NCBI RefSeq assembly: GCF_006345805.1
Contig: NW_021828077.1
Location: 1-35,685 of the forward strand
Reading direction: 5' to 3'
Length of the DNA stretch: 35,685 bases
Source: Octopus sinensis
Taxonomy: Eukaryota
Shown: in pieces, positions 1 to 11,706 of the stretch
How the letters are laid out: each line of letters opens with the position of its first letter
Numbering within the stretch: position 1 is the stretch's first letter
The notes under the pieces: model-generated
Databases searched by the model: none
The model's input: the letters and a program-made list of their open reading frames with translations, nothing else
What the model was told of the DNA's origin: nothing
Made by a program: the position numbers and the translations under genes

Positions 1-235
1 CCCTCTCTTAATGCCACTTCTCAAAACCAAAGACCATAACCAGAAGAACGATGGACATATGACTACACTGAAGTACTGTATGCATTTCACACTGCAATAC
101 TATACTCGAAACACAAGAATAATAAAAGAAACATGAAAAATATCAGGGATATACTCTTGCAAACGTCCGGTGATATATCCTGCGAGAAGGCAAAGTGACC
201 AAAACCGAAATAAAGCAACTCATAGCAAAAATACA
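1..235 (+). mobile_element. R4/Dong-like non-LTR retrotransposon, N-terminal fragment (degraded)
   Basis: Frame-broken translation gives RWTYDYTEVLYAFHTA and LANVR*YILREGKVTKTEIKQLIAK, resembling the N-terminal region of R4/Dong ORFs as I recall it; runs off the window start. Confidence 0.55.
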
Positions 236-629
236 CAGATAATTTATTTCAATTTCTCTGGATACCAGAGAAATTGAAGAAAAAAAAATGAGAAATATAA
301 GGAGTTAGCTATAGACATGAATGGCTCGTGAGTGACTTTGATGAGAATAATTCCTGGGGGTAATTGGTACTCTTGGCACAAAAACACCCCAAATGCTACT
401 TAAGAGAGTGTAAAAGTTTGGAATTAAGGCTCCCTTTGTCGACCTGTAGGGATGTATAATTGTGTGTTCTGTAAGAAACCTCAGGAAGATTCTTGAGATT
501 TGAGATTTGCTGTCACCAAACTTTAAGACAAAACTCTTCCTAACTAATATATCATGAAATAGATTAAAATGAAAAAGGATTTCATTCATAAATTTGTCAC
601 AACCCTAGCAATTTTAGCGGGCGGAGGCT

Positions 630-770
630 AGTCGGTTACATCGGCTGCAGTACTTGACTATCCTTATTTTATCAACCCAGAAAGGATGAAAGACAGAATC
701 GATTTGGTGACGAGAATATAAAGCGCTGGAAGGAATACCGCTGAGTAATTTGTATGACACGCTTAATAAT
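630..770 (-). mobile_element. Diverged SINE with Nin/Deu-like central domain
   Basis: Reverse-complement similarity to the copies at 7151 and 29372 (ttttatcaacccagaaaggatgaaagac block). Confidence 0.55.
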
Positions 771-1221
771 AAATTCAACTGTATTTTAGGAGGCCACCTA
801 AAGACTGCTGTTTATGCACTTGAACCCTGTTCTCGCGATGATATGAACTATCTAACGGTCTTTAACAGATAGCTGAAAACCAGCTACTGCAAAAACAGGA
901 CGAGATGCCGAGAATCGCTTCACAGTCGGCAGAGGAAATGAAAATTAACAATCGCATAAATATATCCATTTAAAAAGTAATAAATCATTTTACTCATGAT
1001 TTTTACAGATTAATACTTCTGTGTGTAAAACTAAACTTAAACAAAAGAAATATAGCATAATGATTTTATAATGGCTCTGTGTGTTAGTGCGTGTGTATGC
1101 GTATGTGCGTGCGTGTGTATGTGCATACACACACATACATATATATCCATGTATATGAATATATTTATGTCAATAAACTTATTGGTCATATATATATATA
1201 TATAGTGGAGTCTTCAGAAGA

Positions 1222-1256
1222 CTGAAGACTCCACGAGAGTGGACGCAAGCGCTATT
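1222..1256 (+). ncRNA. Degenerate hammerhead-like motif
   Basis: CTGAAGA-c-TCCAC-gaga-GTGGA-c-GcA-AGC|GCT-A. Helix II has a GNRA loop, helix III is palindromic; two substitutions from a canonical core. Confidence 0.55.
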
Positions 1257-1377
1257 ATATGATTTATAAAAACATGGGACATATTAATAAATATCTGTAA
1301 ATATAAAACCATCCAGATTTCTGACTACCTTATTTCTTCTAATATATAATACCTGTGCATCATCTCCAAACCTTCTA

Positions 1378-1390
<13 letters not shown>

Positions 1391-1439
<49 letters not shown>

Positions 1440-1465
1440 TGTGTGTGTGTTTGTGTGTGTGTTTG
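1391..1465. repeat. (TG)n microsatellite
   Basis: Directly visible. Confidence 0.95.
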
Positions 1466-1477
1466 TGAAACTCTTTA

Positions 1478-2296
1478 ACGTGTTTCATCTTTAAAGCTGC
1501 GGTCATGCTGGGGCAACACCGTTGGCTGTGTTACACCTTCCTTATTTGAAACCTCCTCTGATATGTGGCATGTGGTGAATGAGGGAGTTTGATGCCGCTG
1601 TCCTCATCTGCGCTTCCTGCTGTGGTATAGGCTCACCTGGAACCCTTAACAGGAGGAAATTCGGTTTTGTTTTCAAGGCTCCTACATCGACACCCTGCAG
1701 GTCTCTCAGGCATTTTGGTAGAAGGATATTGAAGATCTGTGGGCCCTTGAAATCCAAGATGTTGCAGTACTTTGTGCTGTATTGTGATGGTTATGGTGGG
1801 CTGTTTGGTACAATGCAGTGGGCCACGTTCCGTGTCTGTGTAACTTTCAATACCAAACTTTGGTACGAGTCTTTCCAGGATTTTCCAGTTGCATACCACT
1901 GCATATCTTTCCCGCCTTCGTTCTAAGGAGAAGAGTCTTAACTGTTTCAGCCTCTGCCAGTAGCTGATACGTGGCGTTGAGACGATTTTCTTTGTGTAAC
2001 TTCATTGGATTACTTCAAGTTCCGCCGTTAATTTTATACTATGTCATGAACATAGTTGGGAGCAATAGTCCAAGCAGCTGAGGACATATGTCCTCCAAAG
2101 GACCACCATGGTTTCCTTTTCTCTCGTTCTGATAGTTCGGAGAATCCATCCAGCTAGCCGTCCGCATTTTATTCCCAAATTAGTAATATGCACCTGGAAA
2201 GATGCATCATTACTCAAGTCAATGCCCAGGTTACACGCTGATTTTGATTCAGGGACTTAGGAATTGAAGTCCCTTCTGGGCCAGTGTATCCTATTT
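1478..2296 (-). mobile_element. CR1/L2-superfamily LINE, 3' fragment
   Basis: Minus-strand translation SYWQRLKQLRLFSLERRRERY...WKILERLVPKFGIESYT and GPQIFNILPKCLRDLQGVDV is homologous to 35030-35685; 3' tail motif gccccagcatgaccgcagc. Confidence 0.85.
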
Positions 2297-2667
2297 ATAT
2301 TTATATATATGCATACATACACGGACTGTATTGAAGAGTATTGATCAAACGTTCAATTTGATATTCAACTGCATTATATATAACTATAAAAACAAACAAT
2401 AATATAAGGTATAATATATATATATATATATATAATTTGAGGGAATATTATTCCTAACTTACAGGGAAAAATTCAATTTAGAAATACTAAATCAAATTTC
2501 ACAAAATATAAGATATATATAAAAATTAGAAAAAAAACACCTTTTATCAATTCAAAATGAACAATTAAATTACATAATCTAGAAAATTACATACAATAGA
2601 AATATAAACAATTAAATAACATTAATATACCGATGATTATGTAAATTGCAAAATAATAATAAAAACG

Positions 2668-2709
<42 letters not shown>

Positions 2710-2877
2710 CGTTTGTGTGTGTATGTGTGTGTGTGTGTGTACAAATATTTACATATACACATATATATGCGTGTTTATTGAGAAAAAAGGAACGAAAGAG
2801 CTAATAATAAAGAAATAAAAGGATTTTTTCTAAAATTCTTTTTTCTCAATATTCAATTTCTGAGCATCATACCTAAC

Positions 2878-2878
2878 A

Positions 2879-2955
<77 letters not shown>

Positions 2956-2970
2956 GACACACACACACAT
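2878..2970. repeat. (AC)n microsatellite
   Basis: Directly visible. Confidence 0.95.
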
Positions 2971-3009
2971 ACATACAAAAGGCGTGGAAGATATGCAGTG
3001 ATATACATA

Positions 3010-3412
3010 TGGAAGATCCTGGCAGGTCTAGCTATCAAATTTGGAATTTAAAGCTGTACCAACCGTCGAACAAGGCGGCATTGCACAATACCGAGGATCT
3101 AGTCTTCACCATTTTGAATAAGGACCCAGTACTTGAATAGCTTCGTTTTCAGTGATCACAACTGTTCAACATTCTGCCAAACAACCTCAGAAATTTGCGA
3201 GGCGTAGATGTGAAGATCTTGAACAAACATCTGGGCAAAATTTTGTCTGAAATCCCATATAATCCTACATCGCAGGCACCAGGCACAAAGCAGAGAGGCG
3301 CCATCCAACTCGTTTCTTCATCAAAAACAATGCAGAAAGAAGATCCAAGCATTTTGAAAGGCGATGCTTCAGCATAATCACAGCTTTTGGTTAAAACCAG
3401 TAAAATAGGAAA
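3010..3412 (+). mobile_element. CR1/L2-superfamily LINE, 3' end fragment
   Basis: WKILAGL..KFGI and LFNILPNNLRNLRGVDVK match 1478-2296 and 35420-35685; a similar 3' UTR motif is present near 3360-3400. Confidence 0.75.
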
Positions 3413-3456
3413 AAAAGCCCCAAATACACACAGACACACGCACACGCACACGCATG

Positions 3457-3511
<55 letters not shown>

Positions 3512-3845
3512 CAGAGTTTAATGTTCAACTATTTTATGCAATGACATATAATTTTGTTTGTATATTTGTGTATATACGCACTTGTATGCGTTTATATGTG
3601 TGTAAGTATGTGCATACATATTCAACGAAGAACACATTCCTATATACATGCATACACAGAAACACATTTATATGTACATCTGTACTCACATATCTTATAT
3701 ATAACAATTGATGAATTAAGGAATCTCTTATACAATGAAATCTCTGTATGCGTGTGTGTGTATATATATATATATACCTGTGCGTTATGTATATACGTAC
3801 ATACATACATGCATACATACATACATAGATACATAGATACATACA

Positions 3846-3879
<34 letters not shown>

Positions 3880-3901
3880 CATACATATGTGTGTGTGTGT
3901 G

Positions 3902-4028
3902 TGTAAATATATGTGACAATTATTCGGTAGCCGGATAACTGAAGAGATAGCGGCGTGGGTTTCCGCCCAAACATCCGAAACTCGGAGGTTTGTCATGGCT
4001 ACCGAATAATTGTCACATTATATTTACA
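3902..4028 (+). mobile_element. Hairpin/MITE-like element enclosing a hammerhead-like core
   Basis: Perfect 22-bp inverted repeat 3911-3932 / 3997-4018, extending to 3902/4028 with a 1-nt bulge. Interior: CTGAAGA (3939-3945) ... GAA-ACTC-g-GAG (3977-3987). Confidence 0.75.
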
Positions 4029-4362
4029 GATAAATTCATCTATTTACATAATATAGAGGTCTCTTTCATTCGATTGTTGCCTTACCATATCTATCAATAT
4101 ATATATATATATATGCACACACACACACACACACATATATAATGTGTGCATGATGTATGTGCGTGAGCGCTCGCGTTCGTGCAATACAATTATTATAATG
4201 AAAGAATTTTTGCTTTTTGAATTGTAACATTTTATTAAATTTTACATAAATGTCGATCATTCTTTGTATGTAATTATAATTAACAGTACAGAAAAATAAT
4301 TATAATTGAATTTGGTAACTGGAATTATACAGGCACACATAAACACCCAAATGTATGCGTGT

Positions 4363-4434
<72 letters not shown>

Positions 4435-4521
4435 TTATACAAACATATATATTATATATATATATATACAAATATATTATGTATACACATATTTAATATA
4501 TATTTATACATCTAAGTATGT

Positions 4522-4810
4522 GAAGACGCGTGGCTCAGTCACAATCATGAAGTACTGAGATCGATTCCAGGACCGGGGCTGAGTTCTTGAGCAAGTCACT
4601 TAGCTGTAGCTGTAGAAATGAATTGCGACGTCACTGGTGTCAAGCTGTATCGGCCCCTTTGCCTTTCCCTTGGGTAAAGTGGCGTGGAGAGAGAAGGGTG
4701 GAATACGTGGGCAACTGGTAGTCTTCCGTAAACAACTTTGCCCGGACTTTTGTCTCGGAAGGGAACTTTCTACTTGCGATCCCATGGTCATTCATGACCG
4801 AAGGTTGCCT
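4522..4810 (+). mobile_element. tRNA-derived SINE with CORE-like body (diverged head)
   Basis: Collinear with 4882-5180 (ttgagcaagtcact, cgtcactggtgtcaagctgtatcg, aactttcta..tgcgatcccat). Confidence 0.8.
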
Positions 4811-4881
4811 TTACTCTTTACATACAAATATACATGTATGTATGTATGTATGTATGTATGTATGTATGTATGTATGTATGT

Positions 4882-5176
4882 ACGGCTCAGTGGTTAGAGC
4901 GTCGAGCTTACGATCGTGAGGTTGTGAGCTCGAATCCCGGACCGGGCTGCGTGTTGTGTTCTCGAGCAAGGCACTTTATTTCACGTTGCTCCAGTTCACT
5001 CAACTGTAGAAATGAGTTGCAACGTCACTGGTGCCAAGCTGTATCGACCTTTGTCTTTCCCTGGGATAACACTGTGGCGTGGAGAGGGGAGGCTGGTATG
5101 CATGGGCGACTGCTGGTCTTCCATAAACAACCTTGCCCAGACTTGTATCTAGGAAGGTAACTTTCTAGGTGCAATC

Positions 5177-5180
<4 letters not shown>
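4882..5180 (+). mobile_element. tRNA-derived SINE with CORE-like body
   Basis: Pol III A box (ggctcagtggttag) and B-box-like (gagctcgaatccc), followed by gagcaaggcacttt...ccagttcactcaactgta. Confidence 0.85.
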
Positions 5181-5248
<68 letters not shown>

Positions 5249-5399
5249 AGATAATGGTGTCATTGAGACCCAAAGGTATCAGGTAATGCTGAATAAGTGC
5301 TATAGACAGACCTTAGTTAAGTTCCAGATTCGGTAATATTGCGAATAAAGGGTTCAACGTTGGTTCTATGTCAGTGTGTATATATATGAATTTTTGCGT

Positions 5400-5470
5400 A
5401 ATGAGATAAAAAAACCCAAGGCTGTATAGATATTAGAACATTTATAGATAGGTCTTACAGCTGTTTCTAG
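5400..5470 (-). mobile_element. Possible Penelope-like pLTR remnant with half hammerhead
   Basis: Minus strand reads GAA-ACAG|CTGT-A-agacc (5467-5452); no CTGANGA upstream. Confidence 0.3.
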
Positions 5471-6029
5471 AATATTATGTATATATGTGTGTGTGTGTGT
5501 ATGTATATGTATATCTATGTATGTAGGCATGTATGTATGTTACATTAACCATGAACATTAATGACTATGTGTGACTGATGTGCGTATCGCATATATATAT
5601 ATATATATATATATTAAATATATAGAATAGTATCGAACAGTGGGGATGAATATTCAATACCACATTTGCCGGATAAATATTCTCTATTTGTGGATTAACA
5701 ATGCTACAATGGTTTCACGTGAAAAAGAGTTGCACCGTTTTCAAGAGATGCTTTTAAATTGGTGGTATTTGTTTCCGTTTTAGATGAAAATACACGGGGT
5801 TACATGACACTATGGAGAACTTTAACCTTAATGCGAATATGAAGGGAAGCAACTTTTTAGGCATTTCTTAATCGTTTTTCCTTTTCACAGGTCCTGGATT
5901 TTTGTAAGAACTTGCATTCGACATATACTATTTACATTATGCGTGAACATTAACGCAAACCCATATTTATAAATGTATATGAATTTATACTGTGTATCCA
6001 GCATGTGTTTGTGGTCATATGTACATGTG

Positions 6030-6845
6030 TATCTTCTTCTTTATGGAGTTTCCACAGTTCTTTTTAGGGTAAATTAATCGATGAAGTTATAAGTTCATAA
6101 AAGCATTCTTGGTAAATCCTGTGATGTTTTCAAAATGTGTTATGTTTATACTGCACATATCTGTGCAGTTTAGAATCCCAGTATAAGTTCTTGGGAGAAT
6201 GTGTAAGTTATGCATAATCCTGGTTGGAAAGGTTGGAAGGTAGATGAGGGGTTCGCAGTTTAAATTATTGTTAGTGCATGCAATAGGAGAAAGATTTTTC
6301 CCTAATGTTCAAAATGTTCATTGTCGATATTATGAATCTAAATTTCTCTGTGATACAGATGTTGCATCGGCTGCCTCATCCCTTATATTTGTTGACTAAA
6401 GTCAACAAATATAGGGCTCCATGTTTTAGGGGGGTTCCCCACGGCTCAGCCTTTAAATTTCCGTACCATATTGGATAAAAATGTGGCCTATCTTTTGTTC
6501 TTATCTATAACCGAAGTGTTGCGTGTATCATTCTTGAAAATACTTCCTCTCACCCCAATGTAAGTGATTATGGTCCTGGGCATGTCAGTGGTGTTAGCAT
6601 TGTTACCCTTTCTTTTTCTGGACACATACTGTTCAGAGGAATGTTATCGTGAGATCTACAATTACAAGATTTAATGATATTAATTCTTATTGTGATTGAA
6701 GATCATCGATCCTATGTTATGGAGATAACTATAACTAACTTTAACCGTGAGTCTATTGAAGATCTTGTGATAATTATGTGAGTGTGGAAAGTGAATATGT
6801 ATAATTCCCCCAAATCGTGTAGTTATATTTGTAGCCAGTCATGTT
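6030..6845 (-). mobile_element. Penelope-like element relic: RT-thumb linker plus GIY-YIG endonuclease region
   Basis: Broken minus-strand translation: YHKIFNRLTVKVSYSYLHNIGSMIFNHNK, CNCR..PLN, TYIG, RCNICITEKF..LNIRE..SYCMH. The motif order is typical of PLE C-termini; many stops and frameshifts. Confidence 0.8.
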
Positions 6846-7150
6846 CACTCTCTGTCTCTTATTCTTTCTATCTGTATGTGTACATTTCTGCGCGTGCTCA
6901 TGTGTTTATTTGCCTTCAATGTCAAAACGTCTTGTGGCCAAAATAAATTGAATGTTCAGTCACCCGGGACATTTCGTCAGCGTCCAATTAGTCGCGCCCA
7001 GCCGACTCATTTCCATTTACATACACCACCAACACCGAGATCTAAGTTTCTCTGTTTTTGCACAGAAACCCGATTGAGAGGTTTCGCTGAGACGAATTAT
7101 TACAGTTAGCCTGTTATGTGTTAATATAATAATTATAAATATTTTGCACC

Positions 7151-7365
7151 GGCGAGCTGGCAGAACCATTAGCACGTCGGGCGAAATGCTTAGCAGTATT
7201 TCGTCTGCCGCTACGTTCTGAGTCCAAATTCCGCCGAGGTCGACTTTGCCTTTCGTCCTTTCGGGGTTGATTAAATAAGTACCAGTTACGCACTGGGGTC
7301 GATATAATCGATTTAATCCGTTTGTCTGTCCTTAGCCCCTTGTGAATAGTAAAGAAATAGGTATT
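7151..7365 (+). mobile_element. SINE with Nin/Deu-like central domain
   Basis: ggcgagctggcagaa head, gagtccaaattcc B-box-like, gaggtcgactttgcctttcgtcctttcggggttgattaaataagtaccag core; near-identical to 29372-29589. Confidence 0.9.
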
Positions 7366-7396
7366 ATGGCTGATTTCTGTCAGTTTGTCTATCTAT

Positions 7397-7415
7397 CTGT
7401 GTATGTATATGTATG

Positions 7416-7458
<43 letters not shown>

Positions 7459-7602
7459 ACATACACATACACACGTATGTATGTATGTATGCATGTATGT
7501 ATCTATGTGTGTATGTATGTACGTACGTATGTATGTATGTATGTATGTGTGTATGTATGTATGTATGTATGTATGTATGTATCTCTATCTCTCACTCACT
7601 CT

Positions 7603-7638
<36 letters not shown>

Positions 7639-7640
7639 GG
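7397..7640. repeat. Compound (AC)n/(TATG)n/(CT)n microsatellite
   Basis: Directly visible. Confidence 0.9.
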
Positions 7641-8219
7641 ATCATTGGCCTGACGTCTCTGCATGTGTCCCTCGGCTGCCTCTAAACACTGATAATAAAT
7701 AGTTTCAGTTAACATCATAGCAACATTTCGCAATCAACTCCGTACTAATAGATTTTTAAATGGTTTGTTTCTAATTAAATTTCAAATGAATGACGTACTT
7801 ATTAATACAGGCCGGCTAATTTATGTATTGGCGTTCTAATGTATTCACGATGACAGCGACGACGACACGGTGATGTTCGTGATTGTAATAATGATGATGA
7901 TGATGATGATGATGATGGTGATGGTGATGGTGATGATGATGATGATGGTGATAGTGACAACGATGGTTATGAGGACGACGAAGCTGCTGCTACTGCTGCT
8001 GCTGGTGCCGATTAGAATGGCGGAGGTGTTGGTGTGTTGGTAATTATAATGATGATAATGATGATGATAATGGCAATTATGAAGATTATAATGAAAAGAA
8101 TATGAATATCAACGCTAAGTATAATGATAAACGAATAGACTCTACGTATGTTGACAGCGCAGCTCAGAGCAAGTACACACATGTGTACACATGCACATGT
8201 ATACACATATATAGACATT

Positions 8220-8220
8220 T

Positions 8221-8260
<40 letters not shown>

Positions 8261-8303
8261 ACACATATATTTTTTTCATTTAGATATGTATATATATATA
8301 TAT

Positions 8304-8352
<49 letters not shown>

Positions 8353-8616
8353 CATATATATAATGTATATATATATATATATATGTCATACAAATATATA
8401 CGTATATAGGTATATATGCACACTCATATATATGGCTTTGCATAACAATGGGAATATACATGACATCCTTAATAAAAAGATTCACGAATATAGCAACACA
8501 GAAACTACACCGAAACACACATATGCACACACAGTGCACATGATTCCGTGTGGATATATATATAAATATGTGCTTGTATTATATATAATATATATATATA
8601 TTATATTATGTGTATA

Positions 8617-8680
<64 letters not shown>

Positions 8681-8920
8681 ATATATACATGTATATATAT
8701 AATATGTATATATATACCTATATATGTATGTAATATATACATATATATATATATATGAAATATTGTATACACACACACGCATATATGTATGTATTCACAT
8801 ACACATACGCCCGCATATATTTCGTCATACACGGTTTTTGGGTGCTTTTACATTCATATGTTGCGTTTACCTCTCTCTGTGTATATATGTGTGTGTGTGT
8901 GCGTGCGTGCCTGTGTGTGA

Positions 8921-8957
<37 letters not shown>

Positions 8958-9422
8958 TGTGTGTTTGCTCGTATGCATACACATACAGTGTTGTATAAAC
9001 ACACTTAAAAAACCTCCTATGACTTGTATAATCATAGCGGTATGCACCCATATATTTACATCCATCTGCATAATTTGCAATATGTTAGATCTATGTGCGA
9101 GTTAATATAGATACATAGGTACGTGAGCAAGATATTTACACAACACGCACACATGCACACACACACACATACATATATACATATACATGTACAAATGTGA
9201 GTGTAAGTGTATGTATGTATGTGTGGTGTGTGTGTGTGGTGTGTGAGCATGCAGCACCTACAGTCATACACATATACACTGACACAGATACATAGTCATT
9301 ATCATATAATATTCACGGCTAATGTTATAATGAAATGTTTAATTCTAAATACCGACACGCAAATTCACTTACGTATATTCTCTCTCTTACACACAAACAC
9401 ACACACATTCTCGCTCTCTCGT

Positions 9423-9450
<28 letters not shown>
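8220..9450. repeat. Large compound (AC)n/(AT)n/(TG)n microsatellite field
   Basis: Directly visible; source of the many YIYI/HTHT/CVCV pseudo-ORFs. Confidence 0.9.
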
Positions 9451-9453
<3 letters not shown>

Positions 9454-9991
9454 TTGTGCTTATGTAAGTGCTAGATTCCTCGATAAATAGTCAGAGAAAT
9501 AGACTGGCAGATGTAGAGGTGAAAAGATAATTTAATAGATAATAATGGCCGATTCTACATTTATATTTTGTGCTAATGTAATAAAATTCCTCGTATATAA
9601 GTTATTATTTCAATTCACACAACCATTTATTTTATTAGATATAACAGGCGATGGAGTGGCAGAAAGAATAAAAATAAAATACGTTACAGTAATCTTTTGA
9701 AAGTCTATTTAACACCGCAAATTGATTTTATGCAATAACTTATAGTTCCGCGATACTACTGCATATAGTTGACAGACGTGTATAAGTCTTGCATTAATAC
9801 AGAATGGTGTTCATATATGATATAACTTGGCTTTGCAATATTTTTCACTTGTAGTGTTATATTTTCATACTTTTCTTTAGCTTTGTGACTTGTAAAGTTG
9901 GTTACCCTGTTCCCATGTCATATCTGTGAGTGGGATCGCAACATCAGCTTGAACGCAGTACCGGTCCGTTGCAGGGAGCAGCAGTTTTGAG

Positions 9992-10156
9992 GCGATTGCA
10001 TTGACTCCAGTACTGACTGGTACTTACCTAATCGACCGCGAAATAGATGAAGAGCATAGTTAACCTCGGCGATGTTTGTACTCAGAATGTAACTGACCGA
10101 AAGAAATGCCGCAAAGCACTTCGTCCAACATGCTAACAATTGGTCAGCTCATCACC
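9992..10156 (-). mobile_element. Diverged Nin/Deu-like SINE
   Basis: Reverse complement aligns with 7151-7365 (actggtacttacctaatcgacc...acctcggcga...actcagaatgtaac). Confidence 0.75.
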
Positions 10157-10378
10157 TTGTAGTGTGCATAAAATTTCTGGCGTAATTTCTTTGGAAAATT
10201 AAAGTTAAAAATATATTTTGAAAGTTAAAATTTATTGTAAAATATGGAAAACCATTGTAGGTGTCGTTTTGTCAATCCAGTTATGTAGAACTAAGTTATA
10301 ATAGGTTATTTTTCAAGCCAAAAACCTTAAATCATATTTTTAAAAATCCTCAATAGTCTTGTGGCATATCTTTATACT

Positions 10379-10558
10379 AGAACCATCTTTGCGGTACGGC
10401 GTATCTTTGTGTCATAGACTATCTTTGTGTCACGGTGTATCTTTGTGCCACGGCATATGTTTGTGCAGCGGCGTATGTTTGTGCCACGGCGTATGTTTGT
10501 GCCACGGCGTATGTTTGTGCCACGGCGTATGTTTGTGCCATAGTGTAGCTTTGCATCC
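10379..10558. repeat. 18-bp minisatellite, consensus cggcgtatgtttgtgcca
   Basis: Eight full units at 10397-10540 (last four identical) plus one degenerate unit on each side; no spacers. Confidence 0.95.
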
Positions 10559-10719
10559 CAACGCAGTGTTTGAGAACTTTGTGCTATATAACACAAGACG
10601 TATGAATGACCATAGAAATAGTATGGCATTACGAGAGTGTAATGTATAGTGATAAAAATACGGAAGTTGATGTTAATACATAAAGAGCAGGGACTGAGGA
10701 AACTAGTGATGTGGGCCAT

Positions 10720-11100
10720 GAACTTTACACCCCACCTCCACGAAGCCAGTGAGCGTGATGTCATTAAGGTTTAGTTGAAACTAGAGCAGGAAAGACATGA
10801 GAAGGGTGGATATTGGAGAGGGGGAGTCTCCGACCAGGAAAGACTGGGGACAACAAAGGCGACTTGGAAGAAATGCGGGTCAGGAGTGGCTGAGTGGTGA
10901 GGTATGAAACGAGCTCGTTCAGACGAGCAGAGGCATTCACAAGCGCAATAGAGAGAATCGACAAGTCTGTGAGCTAAAGACTTGCAGTGTATCCGATAGT
11001 GTGGCCCTGCAATAGATGCAGTCGATGTTATCAGTGGGCATAGATGCGGGAGAAGTCCTTCACTGTGAGCCTCAGTAGGTGTTGAGCACTGAAATAGCTT
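10720..11100 (-). mobile_element. L2/CR1-type LINE, RT C-terminal fragment (different family)
   Basis: Broken minus-strand translation: DCIY.RA..LSDTLQ(S)LAHR, CSSE, LTRISSK, PSHVFPA; resembles L2/Crack-like C-termini. Confidence 0.55.
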
Positions 11101-11706
11101 CTAGTTCTGAAGAGAGAAGCTAGTTTTTGTGATGCGGCCCTACAGTGCACTTTCGCTAGGATCCTACGGCATTTGAAGCGACTGTGAGGGTTCTTAATTG
11201 AATGCCGTTTACGTTTAAAGGGGGTAGGAGGTGTAGTGGTGTTTCGTTTTTTAAAAAGAAGTGCTTCAGATCTTTTGTTCTCAAAAGAAACGAATTTGGC
11301 ACCGTCCCAATGAAGGACTCTTTCATTGTTTCTGTTCTTGCTACATTACCAGATAAAAAAATCAATTAATTCTCGATTACCCCCGCGTTTCACTCTGTTG
11401 CCACTTTGAACTGCAAAACTTTCTGATGACTAGCATCCTGACTGGAAGACGAAAATCAATTTTGGATGCTACTGGCATATTTGTGTTTTTTTAAAAATTT
11501 AAACACAGTACGTCCATAAGAGATATTATCTTTGGATAAATACTGCTGTAAATTTGCCTTCTCACAATGTATTTGCACTAAGTAAGACCTACAGGTGACT
11601 ATTTTATGCTAATACTTGTTTCGTTGCATATAAAGAATTTTATTCACTTGGACAACTAATTGCAGTCACTGCTTTCCAGCATCAGAGGCGGCAGATTTCC
11701 TCTTAG

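Noticed and set aside
450-470. Possible 21-nt microexon (also a 13-nt one at 5891-5903)
   Set aside because: Splice-like motifs only; expected by chance without RNA evidence.
305-589. 94-aa minus-strand ORF with faint resemblance to a glutamate-receptor pore segment (SSIWGV..P..PR)
   Set aside because: Resemblance too weak to support, no flanking exons; needs BLASTx.
1579-1926. 115-aa + strand ORF (also 24719-25174 and 34044-34247)
   Set aside because: Antisense shadows of LINE coding sequence.
7060-7115. Minus-strand GAAACC...GGTTTC hairpin as a hammerhead
   Set aside because: No CTGANGA box and no helix I.
10379-10558. CRISPR-like array
   Set aside because: Units are contiguous with no unique spacers, no cas genes, eukaryotic context.
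11426-11472. CTGATGA...GAAAA with an 8-bp inverted repeat as a hammerhead
   Set aside because: No helix II, III or I in the correct topology.
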